Shown piece after piece: positions 34,739-45,520 of a stretch of 64,000 nt of DNA; position 1 is the first letter of the stretch, and each line of letters begins with the position of its first letter. The notes under the pieces were generated by a model that worked only from the letters and a program-made list of their open reading frames with translations, was not told the DNA's origin and did no database searches. Location: positions 419,643-483,642 of the forward strand of contig CAJINV010000001.1 in NCBI GenBank assembly GCA_905178155.1. Direction: 5' to 3'. Position numbers and translations under genes: made by a program. This DNA is from Amoebophrya sp. A120. Lineage: Eukaryota; Protista; Dinoflagellata.

Positions 34739-36305
34739 TTTTGCAAATGCTGACGAAAAATAGGCAGGGCTGGGAAAAAAGGTCGATGTCGCTCTTTCTC
34801 GTGCTGCCACGAGTGAAGCGTTCCTTCTTCAATCCGACTTTTTCTTTTGTTTTGGATCTTCCAGGCAGAAGCACGTCTTGTTGTCCTCTGTTGGAAACTG
34901 AATCACCGTCTCTACCGAGGCGATGATGTGGGAACTTGAAAACAACTGGTCTGTCTGCAGTAGTAAGTACTCCTCGCACTTTCTCTTCCGTCGTTTCTCT
35001 CCCTGGTGGAAAAGGGCTGCAAATCTTCTTCCTTCACTTCACTTCGGCCGACAGATGCTTTTCCTGGAGATAAAGGTACAGATTCTGGTTCGTTGGTAGC
35101 ACCACGATAAACGTTGTCCTACTTCTTTGTCTTCGTTCCGCTCTGCTACGCACCGACCGGCTTGGTTTTCTGCATTCTACCAGAACCGGAAAGGGCAAGT
35201 CAAACCCGCAAAGGCGATCCCGGCCCGACTGGCAAAGATGGTGACAACGAGGCTAGCAATGGATTGAGAATCGAAATATTTTCCTTTCGTAGTTTAATTT
35301 TTGAGTTTTTTTTTCTTTTTTGTCAGGAACGGGAAAATAAATTTGCGCAGGATACTATCATCGTCATTCTCTTGTCGGAGTTGAGGAAGTACTTAAGTAG
35401 CTGAGACTGAAATGCAGCTTTCTTGCACGACGTACTCGCAAACAGGGTCACACCTTATACATAGACACATCAGAGTGAAGACCAAAACCAGTTGTAGTAA
35501 TGTCGTCCCCTAGAGTTATTTGATAAATGTATGAAGGTCATCGAAAAACAAAAATCACGACGAAAAATGGCAAGCCAAACAACAAAAAACAATACAACGT
35601 CAACGTCGCAACAAAAATGCATAACATCAATCCATTTCTGGAAAACCCACAACAGATTTTGCCTTCCTAATCCGTTGCAACAAGGACCTCAGAGGATAGC
35701 CACAGCCAACTAAGCCACAGGACCCATTAAAACCTAGAGCGGAACCGTCAGAACAAGATCTTTATCTGCGGCGGAACCGAGTACGACATATGCACAACAT
35801 CTATACAGATACAGGACGTCGAAGCTTAGAAGTAGACCAAGACTGTCTCAATTCATCAAACGCAGTTCCTTTAGTAATTACACAGAATGTCGCTCGTGCT
35901 TCGCATGCTAGCTTTTCGAACAGGATGTTTGCGGCGCTGCATTTTCTTTCTTCGCACAAATCAGCCGTACTAAGGCCAAAACAAGGCTTCATTTTCACAC
36001 CAGTATGCAAATATTGTGCGCGCAAGCATTGAACGATGAAAACCCCTGTTTATAGTAAGTATCGACTAAAAAAACGCAAGCAGTTGGTTGGCAAACAGAC
36101 TTTCCATCCGTTTGAACAAGAGAAGTCAATTTTTCGTCGTGCGTTTCAGAAAGGAGAAGCAAAACCTTGATCCAGCAGAAATTCAAATTGCACTCTTTCG
36201 AATCCTTCAATAAAAACTGCACCTTGTGATGATGTTGTTGAAATGCCTTCAGATTCAGATTTGTTTCGAAATATGCACAACGGCGCCAAAATAAAATCCT
36301 CGCAG

Positions 36306-39295
36306 CTAAGAGGTGCCACTCCCCGTCGCTGCTTTCTCCGCCTCTAGTCGCGCTACCGCTGCCTCTATGCAAGAAAAAAACTGTGTAAGTGTAAATTTGT
36401 GTTGCAGAACATGCAAAAGAGTTGCGCCTGTCATGCCAGCCAGCCATGAAGTCCTCTTTTCATGTGTGTTTTCCCTTACAAGCCACGCATGACAGATTTT
36501 CTCTGTCATGTAGAGCAAATTTGTGATGCTGTTTCTCAAAGAAAGTTACACTTACACACTTTTTTTCCTGGATAGCCTCCGTGATTTGCATTCTTTGGTC
36601 CATCGTTTTCACCGTTTGCACCAGCATCTCCATTTGCGTAGTCATCTGTTGGATGCTGTCCATGAGCTTTTTCTCCCGCTCCGTTTGTGCGACGTCAGAA
36701 GCTGCGACGATGGGCGTCGCTGCGGCGCGTTGGGCTGCAGAATTTTTGGTAAGAATGCAGTTAACTTCTGTCAGTATCTATGTATCACATCGACCAAACA
36801 AGCAATGAATATGTAGTGAATCATGTCCATCTATCATGAGCCCTTTACTTACTGCAAAAAAAACACAACTGCATCCAGAAACCACAAATTACCAGCCGAC
36901 GAAGGGACGATTGGTGTGGTCGCAGTCGTTGGCGTTTCGCCTTTCCTGCTACTTCCAGATCCGGAACTCTGTGCCGCCGCGCCAGTTTCCACCCCTGATT
37001 TTCTCTTCTCCCTCATCTTCTTTGTGGGGGAAACACTGTGCGTTATCTCACTGTTAACTTCGTTCGCAAACTGAGTCACCACTTTTTTTCCTCCCGTGCC
37101 TGTGACATTGGGCGTTGATGACCTGCCCGGACCGCCTTGCTGCGTCGAGGAGCTAGTTCTTGAGGGGACCTTGGTGAAGTTGTGCTGCGGTTGCGAGGGT
37201 GTGGTTGTGCCCGCCGATCTCGGAGCATTGTAGAGATAGGTCCTTGCCGCACCGACCCGACTGCCCGCCGCTCCGTCGCCCGCTTGGGGCGGCTGGTCGT
37301 AGAGCTGTTCGTCCGGCCCGGCCTTCCAGACAAAAACTTTTTGGTCTGCAGAACCGGAGACGAGGTGCTGCCCTTGCGGAGAGAACTTCACACTGTGCAC
37401 CGCGTCCTCGTGACCGGCGAGCGTGTACAGGAGCCGACCTTGCATGTAAAAGTAGTTGGGTCAAGTATGATTTTCGCTTACGTTAAGAAATTCCCAAAGC
37501 CAAAACGTAGTTTACTCACCCACTTCTAAATATGTGAATTCATGCATGAGACTGAGCGACCGTTTCCGGTCCTCGCGAACTAGATCTAGAAACAACAGAG
37601 CTCCATTTTAAAAACACCTTCCTGCAAGTCCCAGAGCTTCACGGTCCTGTCGGTGGAACTGGAAGCGAGGAAGTTTTGACTGCTATTGAAATCCAGATCG
37701 AGCACGGGGCCGGCGTGCGCTATCCCAGAGAAAAGAGCAGGCAGGGCAGCTTTGTAATGCAAAAATGACTTAACAGAAAAATCTGTCATGGGCGACCCCA
37801 TATCATGGCGTTTAGGACATGCAATGCAGATTTTTCTGTCTATTTATCTTTGCATTACAAAACTGCCCTGCCTGTTTCTTTCTGAGGGATATGCGCGTCG
37901 TAGTGCTGAATGAGCCGCTTTCTCCTCAGATCCCAGATTTTAATGGTGCGGTCATCACTGCCGCTCGCGATGCAGGTCCCGTCCGGGTGGAAAAGTGACC
38001 GGTTTACGCGCTCCACATGTTCCTGCATCTTCATTACGCAGCCGCGATCTGACAGTGGGAGTGATAGGTCGTGTGATGATGAAGTAGTACTAGCTACATA
38101 CGGAAAAGCTGCATCGCCGTTCCCAACTGCGGCGCCATCACTTTTAAACAATAGGCTGATCAATAAACTCCTGCTACAATACCCGAAGACGCGGTGCAAC
38201 ATCAAAAGGGAAAACGCAACTACCCTTCCCTCCCCCCGCACTGTGCGCTCCGGCGCCGGCTACTCGCAAGTCCCAAATCCGCACGGTCTTGTCGTCGCCG
38301 CACGTTGTGACGAGATTGGCATCCTCCAAAGAGAATCTTACACTCCTCACCCAGTGAGTGTGCCCCTCTAACGACATCAGGAATTTGGAACTCGTCGGGG
38401 TGACTTGCCAAATTTTCACGATTTTGTCGTCCGACGCCGTGGCGAGAAGCGAGTTGTCTGGAGACATATCCTGAGGAAAAACGTACCCACACCAGAGTCA
38501 GGATGAGGATTTTGCAACACAAACCTAGGAGTTTTGTGAGTCACGCATGACAAGTTGCACTATGCAGTTTAGTGCAGGTTAGCAAGTGCAGCCGCATCAC
38601 AGATTCATCTGCTCATCCACCTGTTCACAGCATCACAAATTCCAAAACACGACTGGAAATGGCTCTCATGGGGACGCGCATTACAAGTCTTCCTGTCTTT
38701 GCAAATCTGCATTACAACTCTGGTGTGGGTACGTTTTTACTCAGGATAAGACAGGTGGCAACTTCTCACAACTCCGGTGTGGGCCTTGATCACGTGGGAC
38801 GGTGTGCCTGTTGTTTGGTTTTCAAAACTTCTATTTTTGCAGAAAGGAAAATATTACAGCAGAGTGAGAAAGACGCAGTCTGCCATACGTGTTTGCAGCG
38901 CTGAGGGAAAGCTGCATGTTGTTCAAGTCATACTCTCGAGTACCTTTTGCGTTGTTCAACCACAATGCCACGGTTTTGTCGGAACTCGCCGACGCGAAGA
39001 AGCTCCCGTCCTTCGCCACGGACACATCGTTCACATCCGCCTTGTGCCCCTCAAACTTGAACGGCCTCAGCTGCTGTTTGAAGTGCCAGACGTACAGCCT
39101 TCCGTCGTGCGAGCCGGAGACCAGTTGGTGCATGCAGGGGTGGAAGAACGCCGCGCTTACCGGGGCGGTGTGGCCCTTGAACACGCGAACCAACTCCGGG
39201 GGCTTCATGCCCGCTTTCGTACTGTTGACCGTCCCGGGAGCCGCCGCCACCGACGGCGCGCGACTGCTCGCGTCCAGGGTTACACTTGCCGCCAT
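36306..39295 (-). CDS. POC1: POC1 centriolar protein (WD40 repeats plus C-terminal Poc1 coiled coil)
   Basis: FKGHTAPVS...FEGHKADV, FHPDGTCIASGSDD, LIQHYDAH, DLQEGRLLYTLAGH, C-terminal IQQMTTQMEMLVQTVKTMDQRMQITE. GT-AG introns about 38808-38943, 38049-38223, 37439-37617, 36735-36892, plus three introners. Confidence 0.93.
36366..36574. mobile_element. Introner family C in POC1
   Basis: TSD GCCTC (sense GAGGC); removal gives ITEA|AVARLE. Confidence 0.93.
37721..37891. mobile_element. Introner family H (TIR TATCCCNNAGAAA..CAGGCAGGGCAG.TTTGTAATGCAAA) in POC1
   Basis: About 43-bp TIRs; TSD TGCGC; removal gives YDAH|AGPV. Confidence 0.93.
38467..38748. mobile_element. Introner family D (TIR TATCCTGAGNAAAAACGTNCCCACNCCAGAGT) in POC1
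   Basis: TSD AGACA; removal gives SCHLS|PDNSLL. Confidence 0.95.
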
Positions 39296-39776
39296 TCTTG
39301 TGCAAAATAAACTCGTAAAAACCGAAGAACTTCGAAGTACTTAATCACAGCGATTTCGACTGAAGAACCTAGGAAGACACGAAACAGAAGTACGCAGAAA
39401 TATGGCACTTTGCTGAATATCGCTCGCAGTTTCATTTGAACGCGACGTTTTGCTTCGTTCTCTGTGTGGAGCACTTTTATTTCAACACTTTGCTGCGAAC
39501 GCAGGACTGCCACGCAGAAGTAGTTCAAGCAATGTTGCAGCCGGTCTCTCTGAAAATACTACAAAAACGAACAGAGCAAGGACGGCAGCGGCGGGCTTAC
39601 CGCGAACAAGAAGTAACCAAGCAACTTCATGTGCTTGCAAATGTTTTTGGGTTCTGCGAAACAGTTCCTGGAAGAAATGATGAGTGTTTGTGTTTGTTTG
39701 GTTTTGTCTATGCAGTGAAACTGTGTGCGCGCCGGTAGAAACAGATTGATATCTTGAGAACCACATCAGGCACGAA

Positions 39777-42329
39777 TCATCCGAAAGAAACTACATCACT
39801 CCGAATATCCACCGTGGTGGAGTCGGTCCGAGCGACGTCCTTTTTTGATGCTGGAGGCGCAGACCTATTCTCGGGCTCTTGTGTTTTTTCCCCACCCACC
39901 TTCGACGCTTGCTGACCTTCCGCGCCGTGCGAAGACGCACCGGCGGCAGCTTGCATTCCTTGCCCTTGGCTTTCCCCCGCAGCGGATTCCGGGTGGGGGT
40001 CGACCGTTTTCCGCCCTTCACTTTCGAGACTTTTCGAGTTTTTGACTATTCGTCTTTCTACTTCCGGTTTCGCTTTCTGGTCCGTCGCGTCGTTCTTCGA
40101 GGACTGCCCTGCTGAATCAGCTTGCACTTCGGCGGAATGGTCAAGTGGCCCTTTATGATCTACTTTGTCTTGTTTGTTCTTGGATGGCTCGCGTCGATGA
40201 ACAATAGCCGCCTGCGCTTCCGTTGGAAGCGGGCCCGCCTTTTCTTCTTTATCTTTTGCTTTCTTTTCCCTTTTGTCTCGTTTTGATGGTTCACGTGCGC
40301 CGGATTCCGTGGTCTCTGGGTGAGTCGTTGATTTCTTCTCCTTTTTTTCCTTTTTCTCTTTCTTCTCCGTCGGTTCTTGCTTCGACAGCTGCGGTGGCTG
40401 AGAAATTACTAGACTCTGCGCTTTTTCTACTTGTGCAACAGCGGGCACCGGAGCTTGCTCATCTGCAGGCTCAGCTACTTGCCCTGGCGCTGCTGCACCA
40501 GCGACTTCTAAACCTTCGTTCTTACTCGTCCGCCTCCGCTTCTTCAGTGGTTTGTTTACAGTCGCCTCCTCGGCGTTGCGATTTTTGGGCTGACTTGTGC
40601 TGGTCCACCCGGTGAACGCGTTTTTTAGTCCCTGCGACGCGGCCTGGTGACGCCGAAACGCCTCCTGAATCCTCGCCGCAGCGGAATCTAGTTTCTCCCG
40701 CCGGCGCTTTGCGTCTTCCAGCTTCTCTCTACTGCCCTGCGACTTCTTCATCTTCCAGGACGAAAGCTCAAGCGGGTGCTCGACATTGATTTCAGCAGAA
40801 GCACTAGCCGCGTTCGCCTTATTGGCCTTTTTTTCTTGCGTGGCCACATACCGCTGCAAGAATGGATTGTTTTTATTTCCCTTTCGCTTCCCCGGAAACA
40901 GGTCTACATGCTCGCTCGTGATTTTATGCTGCGTCTCCTTATACTTTGTTCCCACGGCTTTCAGACTCACCTCCTCCGATGAGGTGCCGAAGTCGCTGGT
41001 GCCAGGCTGTTTAAACTTATTTCCCTCGTCGGACGTCACACCCCCGGAATTGTACGATAATTCGCTAGTATCGGGGGATGATTTCAACAAGACGCCTTGT
41101 CCTCCTTTCGTGGTACCTTGAGCTGCCAATAAAGTACTAGACTTCTTTTTCTTCTTTGACACTTTCCTCACTACCCCAAACCCCTGCAGCACGCCGGCCT
41201 TCTCGACGCTCGTAGTACCAGTCTGCGCATCATGACTCGAATCACCAAAACTGACACCAGGAACCGTCGTGAAATGATAACTTTCCAAGGACAAAACCGC
41301 TTTGTGCCCGTTTCTAGAAGAAGTGACCGTTTTGCTGCAGCTGCCCGGGCTTTTTACATTCCCGTTGGAATCAAAGATGGAGTAGGTACTGTTCAATTTG
41401 TCGTCCTCGCTTTGCTCATTCCCGTTGTTCCTGCTTCCTAGCAGATACGACAGTAAAATCACCATGCTTGCGACCAGCGAGACGAAGCACAGGGATAAAA
41501 GCCAGAACAGTGGGTTGTAAACGAGGTTCTGGCATGATCCTCCACCGCAGGAGAGCGAATCGGATTTAATATCTTCGTCGGCGGCCGTGGAGCCAGTATG
41601 AAGCGCTTTTTCGTGGTCGTACAACTGAGCGCGCAACACTTTTCTTGCTTCCCTGCGTTCCCGGCGAGTCGGGTATGATATTTTATTTTCCGTCGTGTGC
41701 TGACGATCGTCCAGCCGATGCTTGTTGCCGGCTTCGAGGTAGGATGATGAGGACGCCGAGAAATGTTGACGTTGACCACTACGAGGCTCAACATCATAAT
41801 TTTCGTCGCCTGTAGTCTTTCCGTCGTTATCACCAGCTACTTCTGAATCTGACGGGGATTTTTGTGTAAGATCGTGCGCAAAATGATTTTTTCCACCGCG
41901 GTTAGCTCTACTCACCGCTCCTTGCAACTGTCCGAAAAGAACTTCTTTTGGTGCGTCAGTCTTGTCAAAAAGTGGGATGTGTCGTACGCCGACAACACGC
42001 CATTGTTTACCTTCATTCGTAACGCTGCTCGGGGCGGCGGCCGCAGAAACTGATGGCGCTTTGCCTCCTTTTGATGAGATCGTTTGATACTGGTACGTGT
42101 ACGAGTAGACAGTCTGTATTGAGATAGTACCCAACCAAAAGTTTACCTTTAAGAAGAGATGAAAAACATGGTAAAAGTGATTGCCCCGGGCACACGCGGA
42201 CACCCACCGAGGCCAACCACGGTCTGCGAGCGAGTACTTATGCGGTGGAGTTAGCATTTTTATAGTCGATAGAGTAGGATTACGTTTGATTTTATTGAAG
42301 TGGCTACTACTTTCTTTATCAATTGACAC
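39777..42329 (-). CDS. Hypothetical membrane protein (up to 850 aa), single exon, K/E-rich C-terminus
   Basis: Long ORF with hydrophobic segment PLFWLLSLCFVSLVASMVILLSYLLG; no recognised domain; start codon uncertain. Confidence 0.7.
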   Translation of the reverse strand: MSIDKESSSHFNKIKRNPTLSTIKMLTPPHKYSLADRGWPRWVSACARGNHFYHVFHLFLKVNFWLGTISIQTVYSYTYQYQTISSKGGKAPSVSAAAAPSSVTNEGKQWRVVGVRHIPLFDKTDAPKEVLFGQLQGAVSRANRGGKNHFAHDLTQKSPSDSEVAGDNDGKTTGDENYDVEPRSGQRQHFSASSSSYLEAGNKHRLDDRQHTTENKISYPTRRERREARKVLRAQLYDHEKALHTGSTAADEDIKSDSLSCGGGSCQNLVYNPLFWLLSLCFVSLVASMVILLSYLLGSRNNGNEQSEDDKLNSTYSIFDSNGNVKSPGSCSKTVTSSRNGHKAVLSLESYHFTTVPGVSFGDSSHDAQTGTTSVEKAGVLQGFGVVRKVSKKKKKSSTLLAAQGTTKGGQGVLLKSSPDTSELSYNSGGVTSDEGNKFKQPGTSDFGTSSEEVSLKAVGTKYKETQHKITSEHVDLFPGKRKGNKNNPFLQRYVATQEKKANKANAASASAEINVEHPLELSSWKMKKSQGSREKLEDAKRRREKLDSAAARIQEAFRRHQAASQGLKNAFTGWTSTSQPKNRNAEEATVNKPLKKRRRTSKNEGLEVAGAAAPGQVAEPADEQAPVPAVAQVEKAQSLVISQPPQLSKQEPTEKKEKKEKKEKKSTTHPETTESGAREPSKRDKREKKAKDKEEKAGPLPTEAQAAIVHRREPSKNKQDKVDHKGPLDHSAEVQADSAGQSSKNDATDQKAKPEVERRIVKNSKSLESEGRKTVDPHPESAAGESQGQGMQAAAGASSHGAEGQQASKVGGEKTQEPENRSAPPASKKDVARTDSTTVDIRSDVVSFG

Positions 42330-42858
42330 AGGAGGGGGTAACGCATCGTTATAAGCATCTGAAGCAAAGAGAAGGGCAGGGTTGTGTGAGGTAAAGATCT
42401 TCGTCTTGACTTAGACTAGTGTCTTTGAACGATGTTAACGAGACAGAATTGCACGAGTAACACGCAAACACCAGAACGACATGCGCAGCACGAGAGATGT
42501 AAGTGCGTATGCGAACGAATGACGAACTCATGGTATGGCGACTTTTCATTCACCGATCAGGCGATAGATGAAACTGGTACTGAAACTTTTCTAAAAAGTT
42601 TTTCTGTCAACAAACTTAAAGCCAAACGCATGACCAACTCTGCAGAAAGCAACAGTCAGAGGTTGAAGAACCGATAGCAATGGAGGCACCAAGTTTCTTC
42701 GGAACACATTTCATTACCCGGCATACCGCGCCTGCGGTTTTCATCATAATTTCCATTTGTGCTTTTATTTTTGTGCGTCGCTCAAAATCTTCGCTCTATG
42801 CTTTATATGTCGTCGTGTGGTCGCGTTTACAACTATTTTGAACATTACGTCGTATGTA

Positions 42859-44856
42859 TCATGTTCTTTCCGAAACCCTTCCAGTGTCCGCTCGTTCCTG
42901 TGCGTAGCCGATCAATCTTTTAAACGAGTGGATGTATTTTCTGGTGGCTTCATCGGACAAAACGTGCGCAATTTTGTCCTCCCCGATCGCGCTCCGGTTT
43001 GCGCGCTCGTGGATCCCGACGGAGGTCACTCCCAGCGGCCACGCCGCGTTACCGATCGCGAGCTTCATGTACTCGGAGTTTGCGGAAGTGTAATCGTTCA
43101 CGTTGCAGTACTGGACCATAATCGCCAGTTTGTCCAGAATCGCGGACTCCAGCTGCTTCTCCTTCAGCTTTTTCCGTAACGGCTTCAGACACAACTTCGC
43201 CTCCCGGTACTGCTGCTTCGTGAACTTCTTCGCGCGTTTGATACTGTCCGCAATGGCTCGCGTCTGCCGCTCTTCCCTCGCCTGGCGTTCTGGACTCTCC
43301 GCCCCGCTATTGGTATTTGCGGCTGTTGTGGTGCCCTCCGAAGTTATTTCACCTCTTCTATTTTCGCCTTGCTGGTTAGCAGTGCCATTACTTCCGCCGA
43401 TGACCATGGAGGACAAGTCTTCCACATTGACCGCGGTGTGCGTCGCCCCCAGATCGGTTTCCCAGTTCTTCAACGTCGCGCGAAGCCACTCCGCAACCGC
43501 GCTGCAGCGCTCGCTCTCGGTGCGGCGTTTCTTCTCCGCCGGGTCTTCCTCTTCCTCGTCACTGTCGAAAACTGATTCGTCGCTATCCCTGCTGCCTGGA
43601 GGAAGTAGAACGTCGGCAGTTCTTTTTCCCGCTGTGTCAACATCCTTTGACTGATGCGCATCTATTTCATCTCCTCCCGCTGATGCTTCTGTTCTACTAT
43701 CGCCAATTACACCAGCGAATGCGTTTTGCAATCTGTTCGCAGAAGCTGCACCAGGGCTTACTCCGGTCGGCGTTTCTTCGTCTTCTTCCCCGAGCACGAC
43801 CATATCGTGCAGCTTCTCCTTCTTCAGCGCCGCGGCAACGGTGAGACCCCCGGTTAACGAATCTGTCATCGTCTTCGACAAATCCTTGTGTGCTAACTCC
43901 ACCTCCTTATACCGCAAATACCGGTCCCACGTGGACTCGCCGAACAGCGTCACCGGCTCGGAAACTTGCCGCAGGTAGTCTTTCACTTCGTCGATGCATT
44001 CCTCGGCGTATTGCTTTTCCTCCTCTTCTGTTTCAAACACCCTGCTTTTGGTCACATCGGCTATACTGAGCTGCTTGTTTTGGTCGCTGTTGGTCAAAGA
44101 TCTCGGTGCGTTCCAGTCCTTGCTGTTTGTGTTGATCGTGGTGGTCGTGCCGGATTCGAAGTATTTCTGCAGCGATTTCTGCTTCTGTTCTTCTTCAATT
44201 TTCTGCTGTTCCTCCTTTAACAACACTTTCTGCACCTCCTGCACCTGCTCTCGGAATGCTCTTTGCCCTTTCGACTCCCAGGTCGTAGTTTTGGGAGGAA
44301 GATCATCGGAATTTTTCTTGTCATCAGCCTTTGTGGTCGTTGTCCTTCTGTCGCCGAGCAGCCCGAGGTCTGCGGCCTGCTTCGTGAAATTCTTGTTCAC
44401 GTGCTTCGGCACGATCCTTCTGGTGTTATTTTTCCCGATAGAACTTTTTTCTGCTGATTTTTCACTGTGAAAATTATTCTTGTCCTTTGGCCGGTGATGA
44501 TCTGCATCGGCTGTGCTTTTTCCTTCCGAATTCGTAGCATTTCCTCCTTCCTCTGTCTTCTTCAAAACGACGAGTTGATTCTCCTCGCAGAGAGTTACCA
44601 ACAGCTGAATCAAAATCTCGTCCTCCTCATCCTGTGCGACCTCGCCGAAATATCTTTTCTGGATCTCTTCCGCGCTGTCCAGCTCCTCCAGCTCGTCGGC
44701 GTTTTCGATCAAAATCGCGACAAAAAGATCCACCTTCTCCGCGTCGACCTCGTCGAAGTCCTTGCTCTCAGCCACCGCGCGGCGGATCCCCGTCTCGAAA
44801 TCCTCGGCCGACTTGGCCGTCCGTAAGGCGGTGGAGCTGCTGTTCAAGAGGCTCAT
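42859..44856 (-). CDS. PRPF18: Pre-mRNA splicing factor Prp18 with a long N-terminal extension
   Basis: SFM/PRP4-like motif LRQVSEPVTLFGESTWDRYLR; Prp18 domain LKPLRKKLK...YMKLAIGNAAWPLGVTSVGIHER...AHVLSDEATRKYIHSFKRL. Confidence 0.93.
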   Translation of the reverse strand: MSLLNSSSTALRTAKSAEDFETGIRRAVAESKDFDEVDAEKVDLFVAILIENADELEELDSAEEIQKRYFGEVAQDEEDEILIQLLVTLCEENQLVVLKKTEEGGNATNSEGKSTADADHHRPKDKNNFHSEKSAEKSSIGKNNTRRIVPKHVNKNFTKQAADLGLLGDRRTTTTKADDKKNSDDLPPKTTTWESKGQRAFREQVQEVQKVLLKEEQQKIEEEQKQKSLQKYFESGTTTTINTNSKDWNAPRSLTNSDQNKQLSIADVTKSRVFETEEEEKQYAEECIDEVKDYLRQVSEPVTLFGESTWDRYLRYKEVELAHKDLSKTMTDSLTGGLTVAAALKKEKLHDMVVLGEEDEETPTGVSPGAASANRLQNAFAGVIGDSRTEASAGGDEIDAHQSKDVDTAGKRTADVLLPPGSRDSDESVFDSDEEEEDPAEKKRRTESERCSAVAEWLRATLKNWETDLGATHTAVNVEDLSSMVIGGSNGTANQQGENRRGEITSEGTTTAANTNSGAESPERQAREERQTRAIADSIKRAKKFTKQQYREAKLCLKPLRKKLKEKQLESAILDKLAIMVQYCNVNDYTSANSEYMKLAIGNAAWPLGVTSVGIHERANRSAIGEDKIAHVLSDEATRKYIHSFKRLIGYAQERADTGRVSERT

Positions 44857-45520
44857 GTTTTTTGATGTGCGGTCATGGGAAAGTTAATGGCATGCATGCG
44901 AAATTCATTTTAAATATCGGCGGAAAAATTGTGAATTTGCATGCCGAGGAAAAGGAAAAGCTAACTTTCAAGTAGGTAAATAAAACGAGCTACAGGATCT
45001 ATGCCTTTTTCTTTTTAACAGGGGCGTCTCCATCGAAAGGGGCAAGAGAGGACCAACGGGAGCGAACTCCATTACGGGGTTTTTAAAATGTCACTCGCGT
45101 AGCCCTGACTTCCGGTTGTGGTGAAAAAAAATTCCTTTTACCAAAAGCTGCACACTTGAACTATTTCTTTGAAACCCCTCACGACGATGTCGATTTTGCA
45201 ATTTTATTGAACAGGTACTACTAGTCCTGTCAATCGATTTGTAGAAAGCGCCACGTCCTCGTGCTGATCTTGAGCGGAGGAGAAGATGGAATTTGACGTC
45301 AGAAGGGCGAAGTTTCTGATCCATTTGATCAATTGTTTGTCAGTTGCGAAGTTCATCTTTGATCCCGCTTCACTGCAGTGTAGTCTGGACCCAGAAGTGC
45401 CACTTGAAGCAAGTAGCACCCTGTTCCATACTTGGCTATTTATTTTCCTCCAAGAATTCTGTCGCGCGACCTACAGTTGCCTTTTCATCATGTTCTTGGC
45501 CTTTCGTACAGTTTGCCACT

